From Eledone cirrhosa (taxonomy: Eukaryota), in NCBI GenBank assembly GCA_964016885.1, contig OZ024740.1:399652001-399716000 (forward strand): DNA of 64,000 nt. Direction: 5' to 3'. This document shows positions 11,380-25,191 of this stretch, piece by piece; position 1 is the first letter of the stretch, and each line of letters begins with the position of its first letter. The position numbers and the translations under genes are program-made. The notes under the pieces are model-generated. The model worked only from the letters and a program-made list of their open reading frames with translations. It was not told where the DNA came from and made no database searches.

Positions 11380-13571
11380 GATGGAATGTCATAAGAAATA
11401 ATTAAAAACAAATAACAACAACAAAACAACAATTATTAAGTGCAATCATCAGCAAATCAAAAGGCGAAAATTAGTAAAGAAAGAAAAGGAAAGAAAGGAA
11501 GAAAGTAAGAAAGATAGGCCAATGGAGAAAGAAATTGAACAAAAGCCAGAACAAGGTTTAGACAGAACCTCCCCCACCTAAAAAAAAAACAACAACACAA
11601 AGCTAAACATTAATCTGATAAGTGGGAGCTCGTTAATGATTTGAAAATTAGATTAAAACATATGTATTGAATATACAGGGGAAACAGAATAAAATGGTAG
11701 GAGAGGGAGAATGAGAGAGGTGTGAAGTAACAAGAATAAACAAATTGAAAAGAACATTAAGGTGAAGAATGGGGATAGTAATTGTGAACAGATGTTAAAT
11801 ATGTAAAACATGGTCAACTGTAACAATAAGGGGAAGTAACAACAGGAATAAAAATAGAGGTGGATAGTCTGGCAGGGGAGTAGGAGGTAGTGTCTGACTA
11901 AAAGGAAAAGGAGGAGGAGAGGGTTCAATTATGAATTACAGTAGATGATTACAAACAGAAGATGACAAATTAAAATAGCAAATGTAAGCCAGTGTGTATA
12001 CACACACATGCTCACACATACAGTGTGTTCAAAACATCTGCATGGCACTTTGGGCTAACTATTGCCTTGATTGAATTTAGTAGTCAGAAATTGTAGAGAT
12101 GCTCACTTCATATATATCTTCATCATCAACATTATTCCATGCTTACATGGGTTAGATGAGTTCTTTCCCACATTCATCAATCCACTTGTTTTTGTCATCC
12201 TCTTTGATCTCAGCATCCCGAGATCAGTTTTCAATACCTCTGCCCAAATCTTACTCTTTTGTAGCTACCTCCTGGCATTTCTTCATCCAACAATCATAAT
12301 CTATACTCATTAGATATCCATACCAGTGCAATCTTCTCTTAATTTGATTCCTTTTCTACCCAATTTTTTCTCATCCATGTGTTTTTATTAACATTACATC
12401 CAGTGAAGCATGCATTCTTGATTTATCTATAATCTTTGCATATCCTCACCATTCAATGCCAAATTCTTACTACATACACAGGCATCATTATTCCTATATA
12501 CTCATTTTCTGCATATTTAGCATGGTCATTTCTCTGAGGGCAACATGGTCTTGTCTTCATTCCTACTAATTAAAACTTTAATCTTTGCTAAGTCTTTTTA
12601 ATTCTAGATTTTGTTTTCATGTTTGAAATGTCTTCACTGAATCTTCTACAGGCACTGGAATTGACAAATTTTATACTTCTCTGTAATGACCTGAAGAACT
12701 ATAATATACAGGATGATGCTGAGGATCAAGCCTTGATCAACACCTACTTGCTCATTAAATTGTTCACTGAACACATTTCCAACTCATTTTACAGACTGCA
12801 GCTCTGTACATGGCTTGTATCATACTCATAGGCCATTCACCTACTCCTAGCTTACTTAACAGTCAAGGCATTCTGCCAAAAGTATTTTCCAAACCATGAA
12901 GGCTAGGTATAATGGCATACTCCTAGATAGAAGGGCATCAGTGGTACTCCATTCTGACACAAATCCAGACTGTCCCTTATTTACTGTATTTCCTGGCACC
13001 GAAGACGCTTCATCCTCGAGGACGCACCCTAATTTTGACCCCCCCCCCCCAAAAAAAAAAAAAACAACCTTCGGCTTCCAGGATGCATGGTAGATTTTTT
13101 TAGACTTATTTCGACGCTGGGAGATATGGTAATCTAATTCTCTTTCTGAGAATCGATTTGAAAAAGTTCAAGGAGCTATTACTTCTGTTATATGTGTGTG
13201 TAAGAGAGGGAGAGAGAGAGAGAGATTGTGTATGGCTGTAGAATCTTTAACCCTTTTGATACTAAATTGTGCAATTCCACCTCTGGTAAAAGGTTGCTAC
13301 TTAAATGAAAAGATTCCAGCAATTTTATATAAAAGCTTGGCTGATACAGCTTGGTGGTTCTTTTTAGTGATGCTTTTGCCATCTTGTCTGTGTGGTGCAA
13401 ATGAGATATACCACCCAAAGTGTAGAATTTGACCCCTTCCTTCTCTTTTTTTTCATTATTTAATGTTTTAATCCGCAGTTTGATGCTTTACACTATAAAA
13501 GAATTCTTCCCTGTAACATGTAATAAATGAGAAGTGACTTTACGTATGTCACTAATATTTTTCAGAAAGAT

Positions 13572-15820
13572 ATCATCATCAACGTTTAACGTCCGTGTTC
13601 CACGCTTGCATGGGTTTGGACGGGGGTAGTCCTACTTGAGGCAAGAGTGATTGTCTTGCTCACATAGGACTGTCTGGCAGGTTTTCTACAGTTGGATGCC
13701 CTTCCTAACACCAACCACATTTACAGTGTGGGTCTGGGAGGTTTTTACCGTGTTGCCTACATGGCCACATTACAGCGTGGACTGTGTGTTTTTTTGTCGT
13801 GACACCTACACGATCTCATTTGTTTCGGCCTGGATGGTGTGGCACCAACATAACTTTACATAGAACGGGGTGGTGTGGATGGGGTGGGAGTGGTGGGACG
13901 GGGGGGGGGGGGGTATTTTGTTAGAGATGCCTACTGGCTGTAGTAGGTTTTACTATGTATTTAGGTAAGGCGGGTCTTCTCTGTTACTGAGTACCGCCAA
14001 AGGTCTCGGTCCAGTGACATTGTCTTGGAGAGGTGTAAGTGTGTGAGGTCGGAGTTTATCAGCTCGTCCCAGGTTTTTCTAGGTCTGCCTATTCCGTGGC
14101 TACCGTCTATCTTTATTGCCCTGCACTTTGTTATACAGCTATCGACTTTCATGCGCATCACGTGTCCATACCAACGTAGCCTTCTCTCGAGTAAACAACA
14201 TCTGATCCCTCTTATTTCTAATTTTTTCCTTAGTTCGTTTATGCTTTGCCGTTCACGTATATTACTGTTACACATCCAGCGGAGCATGCAAGCTTCGTTC
14301 CTCTCTAGTCTGCGTATATCCTCTGCACACAATGCTCAGGTCTCACTGCCATGCAACATTGCTGTTCGTATGCAGGCATCATACAACCTGCCTTTCATTT
14401 TTAGGGAGAACCCTTTAGCGGCTAATAGTGGTATAAGCTCTCTGAACTTTTTCCATCCAGTTCTGACTCTAGCTACTGTACTTTCAGAGCACCCTCCCCC
14501 ACTGCTGATTTTATCACCCAGGTAACGGAAACTGTCCACTATTTCTATAGAACCCTCTGCGCAATTGAAAGAACTAGTATTTTGTGGGCACTTGCTGCTA
14601 CTTATTGCACCAGAGCACCGGCCACATGTAAAATCTATGTTCTTAGTTAGCTTACCTGTGATCCCACTACATCTTTTATGCACCCATACTTTGCATTTAG
14701 GACATAAAATGGAGTTTCTACCTACGCCTTTCCTGCACACCGAGCACGACCATTTCCCAGAAGGGACCGCCGCCTTATTTTCTTTCCTACAAACTAGAAC
14801 TTTAATCTTAGCCAGGTTAATGTTAAGGCCTTTTGATTCTAGGCCGTGCTTCCATGTTTGGAATTTCTTCTCTAGCTCGGCCATTGATTCCGCTATGAGT
14901 GTCAGGTCGTCTGCGTATAGGAGTTCCCATGGGCAGCCGGTCTTGAACTCCTCTGTTATAGCCTGAAGGGCAATAATAAATAATAGGGGGCTGAGAACAG
15001 AGCCCTGATGGACGCCAACTTTTACGCTAAACTCTTCACTATATTCGTTGTTAATTCTAACCTTGCTGACTGTTTCTTTATACATGGCTTGTATAGCTCT
15101 CACAAGCCATTCGTCAACGCCTAGTTTTCTAAGAGCCCACCAGATAATGGAGCGGGGGACGCTGTCGAAGGCTTTCTCCAAGTCGACAAAAGCTAAGTAG
15201 AGGGGTTTACCTTTAGCTAGGTACTTCTCCTGTAGTTGTCGTACAATGAAAAGAGCGTCTGTGGTACTTTTGCCTGACACAAACCCGAACTGCATTTCAT
15301 CTAGGTCAATTCTCTCTCTGATTAGTTGTGCTATTACTTTTTCCGTGACCTTCATGACCTGGTCGATTAATTTAATGCCTCTATAGTTACTCCTATCTAG
15401 GGCGTCTCCTTTACCCTTATAACAGTTAACGATGATGCTGCTATGCCAGTCCTTCGGAACAACCCCATTCTGTACGACTTGGTTAACTATGCGGGTGACC
15501 ATGGTGTGTCCCACCGTGCCAGATGCCTTCAGCATCTCAGCAACTATTTCCGAAGGCCCAGCCGCCTTACCCGTCTTCATATCCTTGATTGCCTTACTTA
15601 TTATACTCCCCTCGACTAACACTGCTGGTCCCTCTATTGGGTCGATATGGGGGAGACTGTCTTTCTCCCATTTATTCTCCTCATTTAGTAGCCTTTCATA
15701 GTGACACTTCCAAGCTACCTTCTTATCAGCGTCGGTGATGGCAAGTGTGCCATCATCGTTTAGTACACACTTCTCCCCGACAATATCACGGTTTTCCTTG
15801 ACGCATTGCCTAGCAATCCT
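13572..15820 (-). mobile_element. 5'-truncated RTE-clade LINE, copy B
   Basis: 428-aa RT ORF (NYRGIKL, QFGF, AFVDLEKAFD, QGSVLSP, YADD); nonsense TGA at 14336-14338; (GAT)n tail at 13572. Confidence 0.97.
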
Positions 15821-16559
15821 ATAAACATCATTTTTGTTAAGTTAGAAAATAATCATTTTAGTAAATCCCTCCAAATTCTTCATTAATTAATTGAAATATC
15901 GTATATATCATGAGCAATATGGTAAAAAAAGGGTTAAAGTATGCTGGTAAAAATAGATAAATAAATAAAATATACTGAAATAACAAGAAAATTAAATATA
16001 AAACAAGAGAAATGGCAAACAAAACCAAAAAATAATTTAAAAAATTAAAAACAAAAAAACAAAAAAAATAGAAACAAAAAATCCTAAGAATACATAATAA
16101 AATTCCCCAAAAACCAAACCCTGCTAGCCTACAAAACCATGCAAGACTGGTAATGAAAGCTGAGAAACTGTAAGTGTAATTAATTTTCTAGGTTGTGAAT
16201 ACAAAGTACAGAGACATGCTAATTGTGTATATATGGTTAATAAGTCTATTTAGACAAAGTCAGTAAGAGAGAGATGGGGACAAAGTCAGTAAGAGAGAGA
16301 TGGGGACAAAGGGGAAGTGAGAGAGAGCAGTGGTTAGTATTAATTTAGCTTGTTTTATTCATTTTATTATTATTTGTTTTAATTTTCTCATTTTCAGCTT
16401 TTAAACTGGGGTGGTGGTGACAGATAAGGATAATATGAGGAAGAGGGGCTAATGTAATAAGGAAAGAGGAATGGAAGGAAAGGGAGAAGGAAATAAGGAG
16501 TGTGAAGAAATGAACAGAAAGATGGCAAGAGAGGGAGAGGGGGTATGGATAGTTGCGAA

Positions 16560-16595
<36 letters not shown>

Positions 16596-16630
16596 AGTTT
16601 ATGAGTAGTTTAAAAAGGAGAGGTATATAT
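15821..16630. repeat. Inter-LINE spacer duplicated at 18985-19844
   Basis: Near-identical sequence. The copies differ in the copy number of a 25-bp unit (GACAAAGTCAGTAAGAGAGAGATGG; 2 vs 4) and in GA tract length. Confidence 0.95.
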
Positions 16631-18984
16631 ATCATCATCATCGTTTAACGTCCATCTTCCACGCTTGCATGGGTTTGGACGGGAGTTTTCCCACTTGAGG
16701 CAAGAGTGGTTGTCATTGCTCGCATAGGACTGTCTGGCGGGTTTTCTACAGTTGGATGCCCTTCCTAACACCAACCACATTTACAGTGTGGGGCTGGGAG
16801 GTTTTTACCGTGTTGCCTACACGGCCACATTACAGCGTGGACTGTCTGGCGGGTTTTCTACAGCTGGATGCCCTTCCTAACACCAACCACATTTACAGTG
16901 TGGGGCTGGGAGGTTTTTACCGTGTTGCCTACACGGCCACATTACAGCGTGGACTGTGTGTTTTTTTGTCGTGACACCTACACGACCTCATTTATTTCGG
17001 ACTGGATGTTGTGGTACCAACATAACTTTACATTGAAAGGGGTGGTGTGGATGGGGTGGGGTGGTGGGACGGGGGTGTATTTTGTTAGAGATGCCTACTG
17101 ACTGTAGTAGGTTTTACTTTGTATTTAGGTAAGGCGGGTCTTCTCTATTACTGAGTACCGCCAAAGGTCTCGGTCCAGTGACATTGTCTTGGAGAGGTGT
17201 AAGTGTGTGAGGTCGGAATTTATCAGCTCATCCCAGGTTTTTCTGGGTCTGCCTACTCCGTGGCTACCATCTATCTTTATTGCCCTGCACTTTGTTATAC
17301 AGCTGTCGTCTTTCATGCGCATCACGTGACCATACCAACGTAGCCTTCTCTCGAGTAAACAACATCTGATCCCTCTTATTTCTAATTTTTTCCTTAGTTC
17401 GTTTATGCTTTGCCGTTCGCGTATATTACTATTACACATCCAGCGGAGCATGCAAGCTTCGTTCCCCTCTAGTCTGCGTATATCCTCTGCACACAATGCT
17501 CAGGTCTCACTGCCATGCAACATTGCTGTTCGTATGCAGGCATCATACAACCTGCCTTTCATTTTTAGGGAGAACCCTGTAGCGGCTAATAGTGGTATAA
17601 GCTCTCTGAACTTTTTCCATCCAGTTCTGACTCTAGCTACTGTACTTTCAGAGCACCCTCCCCCACTGCTGATTTTATCACCCAGGTAACGGAAACTGTC
17701 CACTATTTCTATAGAACCCTCTGCGCAATTGAAAGAGCTAGTATTTTGTGGGCACTTGCTGCTACTTATTGCACCAGAGCACCGGCCACATGTAAAATCT
17801 ATGTTCTTAGTTAGCTTACCTGTGATCCCACTACATCTTTTATGCACCCATACTTTGCATTTAGGACATAAAATGGAGTTTCTACCTACGCCTTTCCTGC
17901 ACACCGAGCACGACCATTTCCCAGAAGGGACCGCCGCCTTATTTTCTTTCCTACAAACTAGAACTTTAATCTTAGCCAGGTTAATGTTAAGGCCTTTTGA
18001 TTCTAGGCCGTGCTTCCATGTTTGGAATTTCTTCTCTAGCTCGGCCATTGATTCCGCTATGAGTGTCAGGTCGTCTGCGTATAGGAGTTCCCATGGGCAG
18101 CCGGTCTTGAACTCCTCTGTTATAGCCTGAAGCGCAATAATAAATAATAGGGGGCTGAGAACAGAGCCCTGATGGACGCCAACTTTTACGCTAAACTCTT
18201 CACTATATTCGTTGTTAATTCTAACCTTGCTGACTGTTTCTTTATACATGGCTTGTATAGCTCTCACAAGCCATTCGTCAACGCCTAGTTTTCTAAGAGC
18301 CCACCAGATAATGGAGCGGGGGACTCTGTCGAAGGCTTTCTCCAAGTCGACAAAAGCTAAGTAGAGGGGTTTACCTTTAGCTAGGTACTTCTCCTGTAGT
18401 TGTCGTACAATGAAAAGAGCGTCTGTGGTACTTTTGCCTGACACAAACCCGAACTGCATTTCATCTAGGTCAATTCTCTCTCTGATTAGTTGTGCTATTA
18501 CTTTTTCCGTGACCTTCATGACCTGGTCGATTAATTTAATGCCTCTATAGTTACTCCTATCTAGGGCGTCTCCTTTACCCTTATAACAGTTAACGATGAT
18601 GCTGCTATGCCAGTCCTTCGGAACAACCCCATTCTGTACGACTTGGTTAACTATGCGGGTGACCATGGTGTGTCCCACCGTGCCAGATGCCTTCAGCATC
18701 TCAGCAACTATTTCCGAAGGCCCAGCCGCCTTACCCGTCTTCATATCCTTGATTGCCTTACTTATTATACTCCCCTCGACTAACACTGCTGGTCCCTCTA
18801 TTGGGTCGATATGGGGGAGACTGTCTTTCTCCCATTTATTCTCCTCATTTAGTAGCCTTTCATAGTGACACTTCCAAGCTACCTTCTTATCAGCGTCGGT
18901 GATGGCAAGTGTGCCATCATCGTTTAGTACACACTTCTCCCCGACAATATCACGGTTTTCCTTGACGCATTGCCTAGCAATCCT
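16631..18984 (-). mobile_element. RTE-clade LINE, copy C (apparent D/B chimera)
   Basis: Same 5' truncation point as B and same 3' flank as D; private 112-bp duplication in the 3' UTR; TGA at 17500-17502. Confidence 0.96.
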
Positions 18985-19778
18985 ATAAACATCATTTTTG
19001 TTAAGTTAGAAAATAATCATTTTAGTAAATCCCTCCAAATTCTTCATTAATTAATTGAAATATCGTATATATCATGAGCAATATGGTAAAAAAAGGGTTA
19101 AAGTATGCTGGTAAAAATAGATAAATAAATAAAATATACTGAAATAACAAGAAAATTAAATATAAAACAAGAGAAATGGCAAACAAAACCAAAAAATAAT
19201 TTAAAAAATTAAAAACAAAAAAACAAAAAAAATAGAAACAAAAAATCCTAAGAATACATAATAAAATTCCCCAAAAACCAAACCCTGCTAGCCTACAAAA
19301 CCATGCAAGACTGGTAATGAAAGCTGAGAAACTGTAAGTGTAATTAATTTTCTAGGTTGTGAATACAAAGTACAGAGACATGCTAATTGTGTATATATGG
19401 TTAATAAGTCTATTTAGACAAAGTCAGTAAGAGAGAGATGGGGACAAAGTCAGTAAGAGAGAGATGGGGACAAAGTCAGTAAGAGAGAGATGGGGACAAA
19501 GTCAGTAAGAGAGAGATGGGGACAAAGGGGAAGTGAGAGAGAGCAGTGGTTAGTATTAATTTAGCTTGTTTTATTCATTTTATTATTATTTGTTTTAATT
19601 TTCTCATTTTCAGCTTTTAAACTGGGGTGGTGGTGACAGATAAGGATAATATGAGGAAGAGGGGCTAATGTAATAAGGAAAGAGGAATGGAAGGAAAGGG
19701 AGAAGGAAATAAGGAGTGTGAAGAAATGAACAGAAAGATGGCAAGAGAGGGAGAGGGGGTATGGATAGTTGCGAAAGG

Positions 19779-19809
<31 letters not shown>

Positions 19810-19844
19810 AGTTTATGAGTAGTTTAAAAAGGAGAGGTATATAT

Positions 19845-22800
19845 ATCATCATCATCGTTTAACGTCCATCTTCCACGCTTGCATGGGTTTGGACGGGAGT
19901 TTTCCCACTTGAGGCAAGAGTGGTTGTCATTGCTCGCATAGGACTGTCTGGCAGGTTTTCTACAGTTGGATGCCCTTCCTAACACCAACCACATTTACAG
20001 TGTGGGGCTGGGAGGTTTTTACCGTGTTACCTACATGGCCACATTACAGCGTGGACTGTGTGTTTTTTTGTCGTGACACCTACACGATTCATTTATTTCG
20101 GACTGGATGTTGTGGTACCAACATAACTTTACATTGAAAGGGGCGGTGTGGATAGGGTGGGGGTGGTGGGACGGGGGTGTATTTTGTTAGAGATGCCTAC
20201 TGACTGTAGTAGGTTTTACTTTGTATTTAGGTAAGGCGGGTCTTCTCTATTACTGAGTACCGCCAAAGGTCTCGGTCCAATGACATTGTCTTGGAGAGGT
20301 GTAAGTGTGTGAGGTCGGAATTTATCAGCTCGTCCCAGGTTTTTCTGGGTCTGCCTACTCCGTGGCTACCGTCTATCTTTATTGCCCTGCACTTTGTTAT
20401 ACAGCTGTCGTCTTTCATGCGCATCACGTGACCATACCAACGTAGCCTTCTCTCGAGTAAACAACATCTGATCCCTCTTATTTCTAATGTTTTCCTTAGT
20501 TCGTTTATGCTTTGCCGTTCGCGTATATTACTATTACACATCCAGCGGAGCATGCAAGCTTCGTTCCCCTCTAGTCTGCGTATATCCTCTGCACACAATG
20601 CTCAGGTCTCACTGCCATGCAACATTGCTGTTCGTATGCAGGCATCATACAACCTGCCCTTCATTTTTAGGGAGAACCCTTTAGCGGCTAATAGTGGTAT
20701 AAGCTCTCTGAACTTTTTCCATCCAGTTCTGACTCTAGCTACTGTACTTTCAGAGCACCCTCCCCCACTGCTGATTTTGTCACCCAGGTAACGGAAGCTG
20801 TCCACTATTTCTATAGAACCCTCTGCGCAATTGAAAGAGCTAGTATTTTGTGGGCACTTGCTGCTACTTATTGCACCAGAGCACCGGCCACATGTAAAAT
20901 CTATGTTCTTAGTTAGCTTACCTCTGATCCCACTACATCTTTTATGCACCCATACTTTGCATTTGGGACATAAAATGGAGTTTCTACCTACGCCTTTCCT
21001 ACACACTGAGCATGGCCATTTCCCGGAAGGGACCGGCGCCTTATTTTCTTTCCTACAAACTAGAACTTTAGTCTTAGCCAGGTTAATTTTAAGGCCTTTT
21101 GATTCCATGTTTGGAATTTCTTCTCTAGCTCGGCCATTGATTCAGCTATGAGCGTTAGATCATCTGCGTATAGGAGTTCCCATGGGCAGCCGGTCTTGAA
21201 CTCCTCTGTTATAGCCTGAAGGGCAATAATAAATAGTAGGGGGCTAAGAACAGAGCCCTGATGGACACCAACTTTTACGCTAAACTCTTCACTATATTCG
21301 TTGTTAATTCTAACCTTGCTGACTGTTTCTTTATACATGGCTTGTATAGCTCTCACAAGCCATTTGTCAACACCTAGTTTTCTAAGAGCCCACCAGATAA
21401 TGGAACGGGGGACTCTGTTGAGCTTTCTCCAAGTCGACAAAAGCTAAGTATAGGGGTTTACTTTTAGCTAGGTACTTCTCCTGTAGTTGTCGTACAATGA
21501 AAAGAGCGTCTGTGGTACTTTTGCCTGACACAAACCCGAACTGCATTTCATCTAGGTCAATTCTCTCTCTGATTAGTTGCGCTATTACTTTTTCCATGAC
21601 CTTCATGACCTGGTCGATTAATTTAATGCCTCTATAGTTACTCTTATCTAGGGCATCTCCTTTACCCTTGTAACAGTTAACGATGATGCTGCTACGCCAG
21701 TCCTTCGGAACAACCCCATTCTGTATGACTTGATTTACTATGCGGGTGACCATGGTGTGTCCCACCATTCCAGAGGCTTTCAGCATCTCAGTAACTATTT
21801 CCGAAGGCCCAGCCGCCTTACCCGTCTTCATATCTTTGATTGCCTTACTTATTATACTACCTTCGACTAACACTGCTGGTCCCTCTATTGGGTCGATGTG
21901 GGGGAGACGGTCTTTCTCCCATTTATTCTCCTCATTTAGTAGCCTTTCGTAGTGACACTTCCAAGCTACCTTCTTATCAGCGTCAGTGATGGCAAGTACG
22001 CCATCATCGTTAAGTACACACTTCTCCCCGACAATATCACGGTTTTCCTTGACACATTGCCTAGCAATCCTGAACACCTCATGTTTTTGGTTCTCGCGAT
22101 GTAGAACATGCTTGAAATTTCTTTCCTCTGCTTCACTTCTGCCGAAGTACACTTGTCTCCTAGCTTCCCTCCTGGCCACTTGATAGTCTTCTCTACTTCC
22201 CCCATCCCGCCATGCTTTCCAAGCCTGCTTTTTGGCCTTGATTGACCCCTCCACCTTACTGTTCCACCACCATGTTACTCTCCTCCTGCCTACAGGCCTG
22301 CTCCAGCCACAGACTTCGTCTGCCGCCATCAGCAGGTTTGCTTTCAGGAATTCCCACTGTTCCTCTACATTGTACGACTCTAATTGCTCTTCCTTACTGT
22401 CGAAAGCATCAAGTAATATGCTTTGAAATTTATTTCTGGCTGTGGGATCCTTTAGCTTCCATATTTTTCTCCTGAGGATAGTCCTCTTCTGCTGTCTAGT
22501 ACGTCTCGTCCTGACTATGAGGTCACTAATTATCAGTCTATGTTGGGAGGTGCATTCTTCATGGGGGAGGAATTTAATGTTTACAACAGACACTCTGTCA
22601 CGTCTTCTGGTAAGGATATAATCTACCTGGCTGGTATGTTCCCCTGATCTGTAGATGATCAAGTGATTGTCTCGTTTTTTGAAGTTAGTGTTACAGATAG
22701 TTAGGTTATTTGCGTCACAGAATTCCAGGATTCTGGAGCCTTCCTCATTTCTAGGACCATTTAAGTCGCCAGCAATAATTATATAGTCACTGTCGGTTAT

Positions 22801-23360
22801 TTGGGAGGTAGTGAGCATCAGTGTCTCATAGAATCTGTCTTTTATAGCGCCAGGCAGTCCGGATTGGGGCGCGTATGCAGATATTACTGTCACAGTAGTT
22901 CTGTTTAGAACAAGTCTTATTTTAATTATTCTGTCATTCACTCTATTTACATCTATTATCTTATCCACCCATTTTTCTGCTAACATGATTCCTACCCCAC
23001 CTATCCCATTGTCATTTCCCACCCAGAAAAGCTTATAGCAACGTTTTTTACCCACAATGAATCTAGCAGACCTGCCCCTCCACCTGGTCTCTTGGATACA
23101 GCAAACATCAACCTCCTTACATTCAAGCAATTCTACAACTTCGTTAGAGCGGTCTTTTAAGGTGCCTACGTTCATGGTACCAACTCTGAAGTTTTGGATT
23201 GTGTTTGGAGGATGGGGCGCAGGGAGGGGTGAGGGGATGAGTTTGGGGTTATGTTGGCCATCCGCGGCCGAAACAAAGAGGGGGGGGCCTTGCCCTTTCG
23301 TCCGGCAGCATGAGGTGAATTTGTCGTTATCTTTGGCAATGTCATCGAGTGTCCAGATTC
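19845..23360 (-). mobile_element. Near full-length RTE-clade LINE, copy D (APE endonuclease + RT), inactivated
   Basis: APE motifs RVGTMNVGTL, CCIQETRW, ISAYAPQ, AGDLNG, QVDYIL and SQHRL, then RT. Frameshifts near 21420 and 21105, and TGA at 20602-20604. The 5' boundary is approximate. Confidence 0.96.
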
Positions 23361-23464
23361 TTCAGAGAGAGAGAGAGATAGAGAGATGGAAGTAAGGTTA
23401 GTGAGAAGGATGAAGAGAGAGAAGTTAAGAATAATTTGAAAACGAGAATGAGCTGGCTGAAGTA

Positions 23465-23808
23465 GAAACTGCTGGAGGAGAAGTTCAAGTATCTTCGGGG
23501 CCATTTTCATGAGTGATGGAAGGCAGGAGGCTGAATTAAGGGCAAGAATTGCAGAGTAGGTGCAGCATTCAGTAATCAGAAGAAGAGAGGTATTCGGTAT
23601 TCCTACCAACCCTATGGTCTTAATTTTTGGGTAATGATCGAAAGAATATGGTCGAGAATACAAGCGGCTGGAATGGGGTTCCTCCGAAGGGTCTTTGGAG
23701 TAGTGTTACTTGATAGAGTGTGTAACTTAGAGATCAGAGAGTCACTCCAGTTCAAGCTGCTACTTCTCTGAATTGACAGATCACAGCTCCAATACTATGG
23801 GCATGTGG
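23465..23808 (+). mobile_element. Old RTE-like LINE fragment (second family)
   Basis: Degenerate EKFKYL, QAAxMGFLRRVxGV and QLQYYGHV; homologous to 34270-34640. Confidence 0.65.
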
Positions 23809-24466
23809 CAGTTCAATATCTAGTTTATTTTCATATGCTAGTAGGTTCTGGTATGGAATAGCCACAGAAAAGGAGTGAGCAAAGTAAATGTGATAGTTGC
23901 TCTTTCTCTGCACTTGTTGGTGCTGTCCTACTCCAAAAAATGCTTACAGCTAATGTTATTGATGTTGCAGCTACAATTGTGAACATGTGATTTTTTAATG
24001 TTTGTCTAAACTAGAGGTGAGGGAACATTTTTAATCTGAAGAGTCATTTTTAGGTAGAAGAAAAATAAATGAGGCTATCGAAGCTACATAATTTATTGTT
24101 ATAGTTTTGCTTTGTGGGTAGCCTATATATGAAGGTGGAAAATAAAATAAAATCTAATAGTATTGTGAATATTATTGAGAGAGAGAGAGAGCTAAAGATA
24201 TGGAAGAATCAAAGAGGGGTCTGGCAGATATTTCATAGAGGTTTGATAGATAAGAAGAAAAAAAACGGGGAAGAAGTACTACTGGTGGGGTGAGGTGAGG
24301 AGAATATTAAAAGTTAAACCTAGGTATATGTAAAAAAAAGAGGGAAGACAAAGAAAAAGCAATTAGTTACGTAAAGAGATGAAAGAAGTAAGGAAAACAG
24401 GAAAGACAATTAAAATATATGCAATATGTAAATAGTGTTTTAGACTGAAAAGTAAAAATATGTATA

Positions 24467-24890
24467 GAGGTGGGGGAAATGGGAGATTTTGTGAGAGGAG
24501 GGGGGCTTTCATGGGAGAGGTGGAAGAGATGGGGCTTTCGTGGGAGAGGTGGGGGAGATGGGGATTTGATGGGAGAGGTGGGGAAGATGGGGCTTTCGTG
24601 GGAGATGTGTGGGGGAGATGGGGCTTTCATGGGAGAGATGGGAGAGATGGGGCTTTTGTGGGAGAGGTGGGGGTGAGGGTATTTCATGGGAGAGGTGAGG
24701 GGGTGGGTATTTCATGGGAGAGGTGGGAGAGATCGGGCTTTCATAGTAGAGGTGAGGGTGGGGCTTCATAGGAGAGGTGAAGGGAGATGGGGCTTTTGTG
24801 GGAGAGGTGAGGGAGATGGGGCTTTCGTGGGAGAGATGGGGATTTCATGGGAGAGGTGGGGGAGATGGGGCTTTTGTGGGAGAGGTGGGG
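24467..24890. repeat. G-rich ~29-bp minisatellite
   Basis: Unit approximately GGAGAGGTGGGGGAGATGGGGCTTTCATG, about 14 degenerate copies. Source of several spurious ORFs. Confidence 0.93.
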
Positions 24891-25122
24891 AATAAAAAAA
24901 AAAGAGAAAACAAAAGCATAATAAAAGAAACCCAATGTTTTATTAACCTCAACAACATAACATTCTGCCCCCAGCATGCAGTGCAGTAATTTGTTAAGTT
25001 TTGCTTCCAAAATAAATGTTAATTCAATATGTTGTGCTTAATTATGAAACAGATGTGCATTTTAAAATCATTAGTGATTAATTTCAACTTATTACTTCTT
25101 AAATTAAATTGTTTATAGTATC

Positions 25123-25191
<69 letters not shown>

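Noticed and set aside
19845-23360. Intact active LINE or domesticated RT gene
   Set aside because: It has two frameshifts, a nonsense codon and an in-frame deletion in the endonuclease (AGDLNG|PRNEEG).
24367-25010. Pro/His- and Gly-rich ORFs
   Set aside because: They are translations of the 29-bp G-rich minisatellite.
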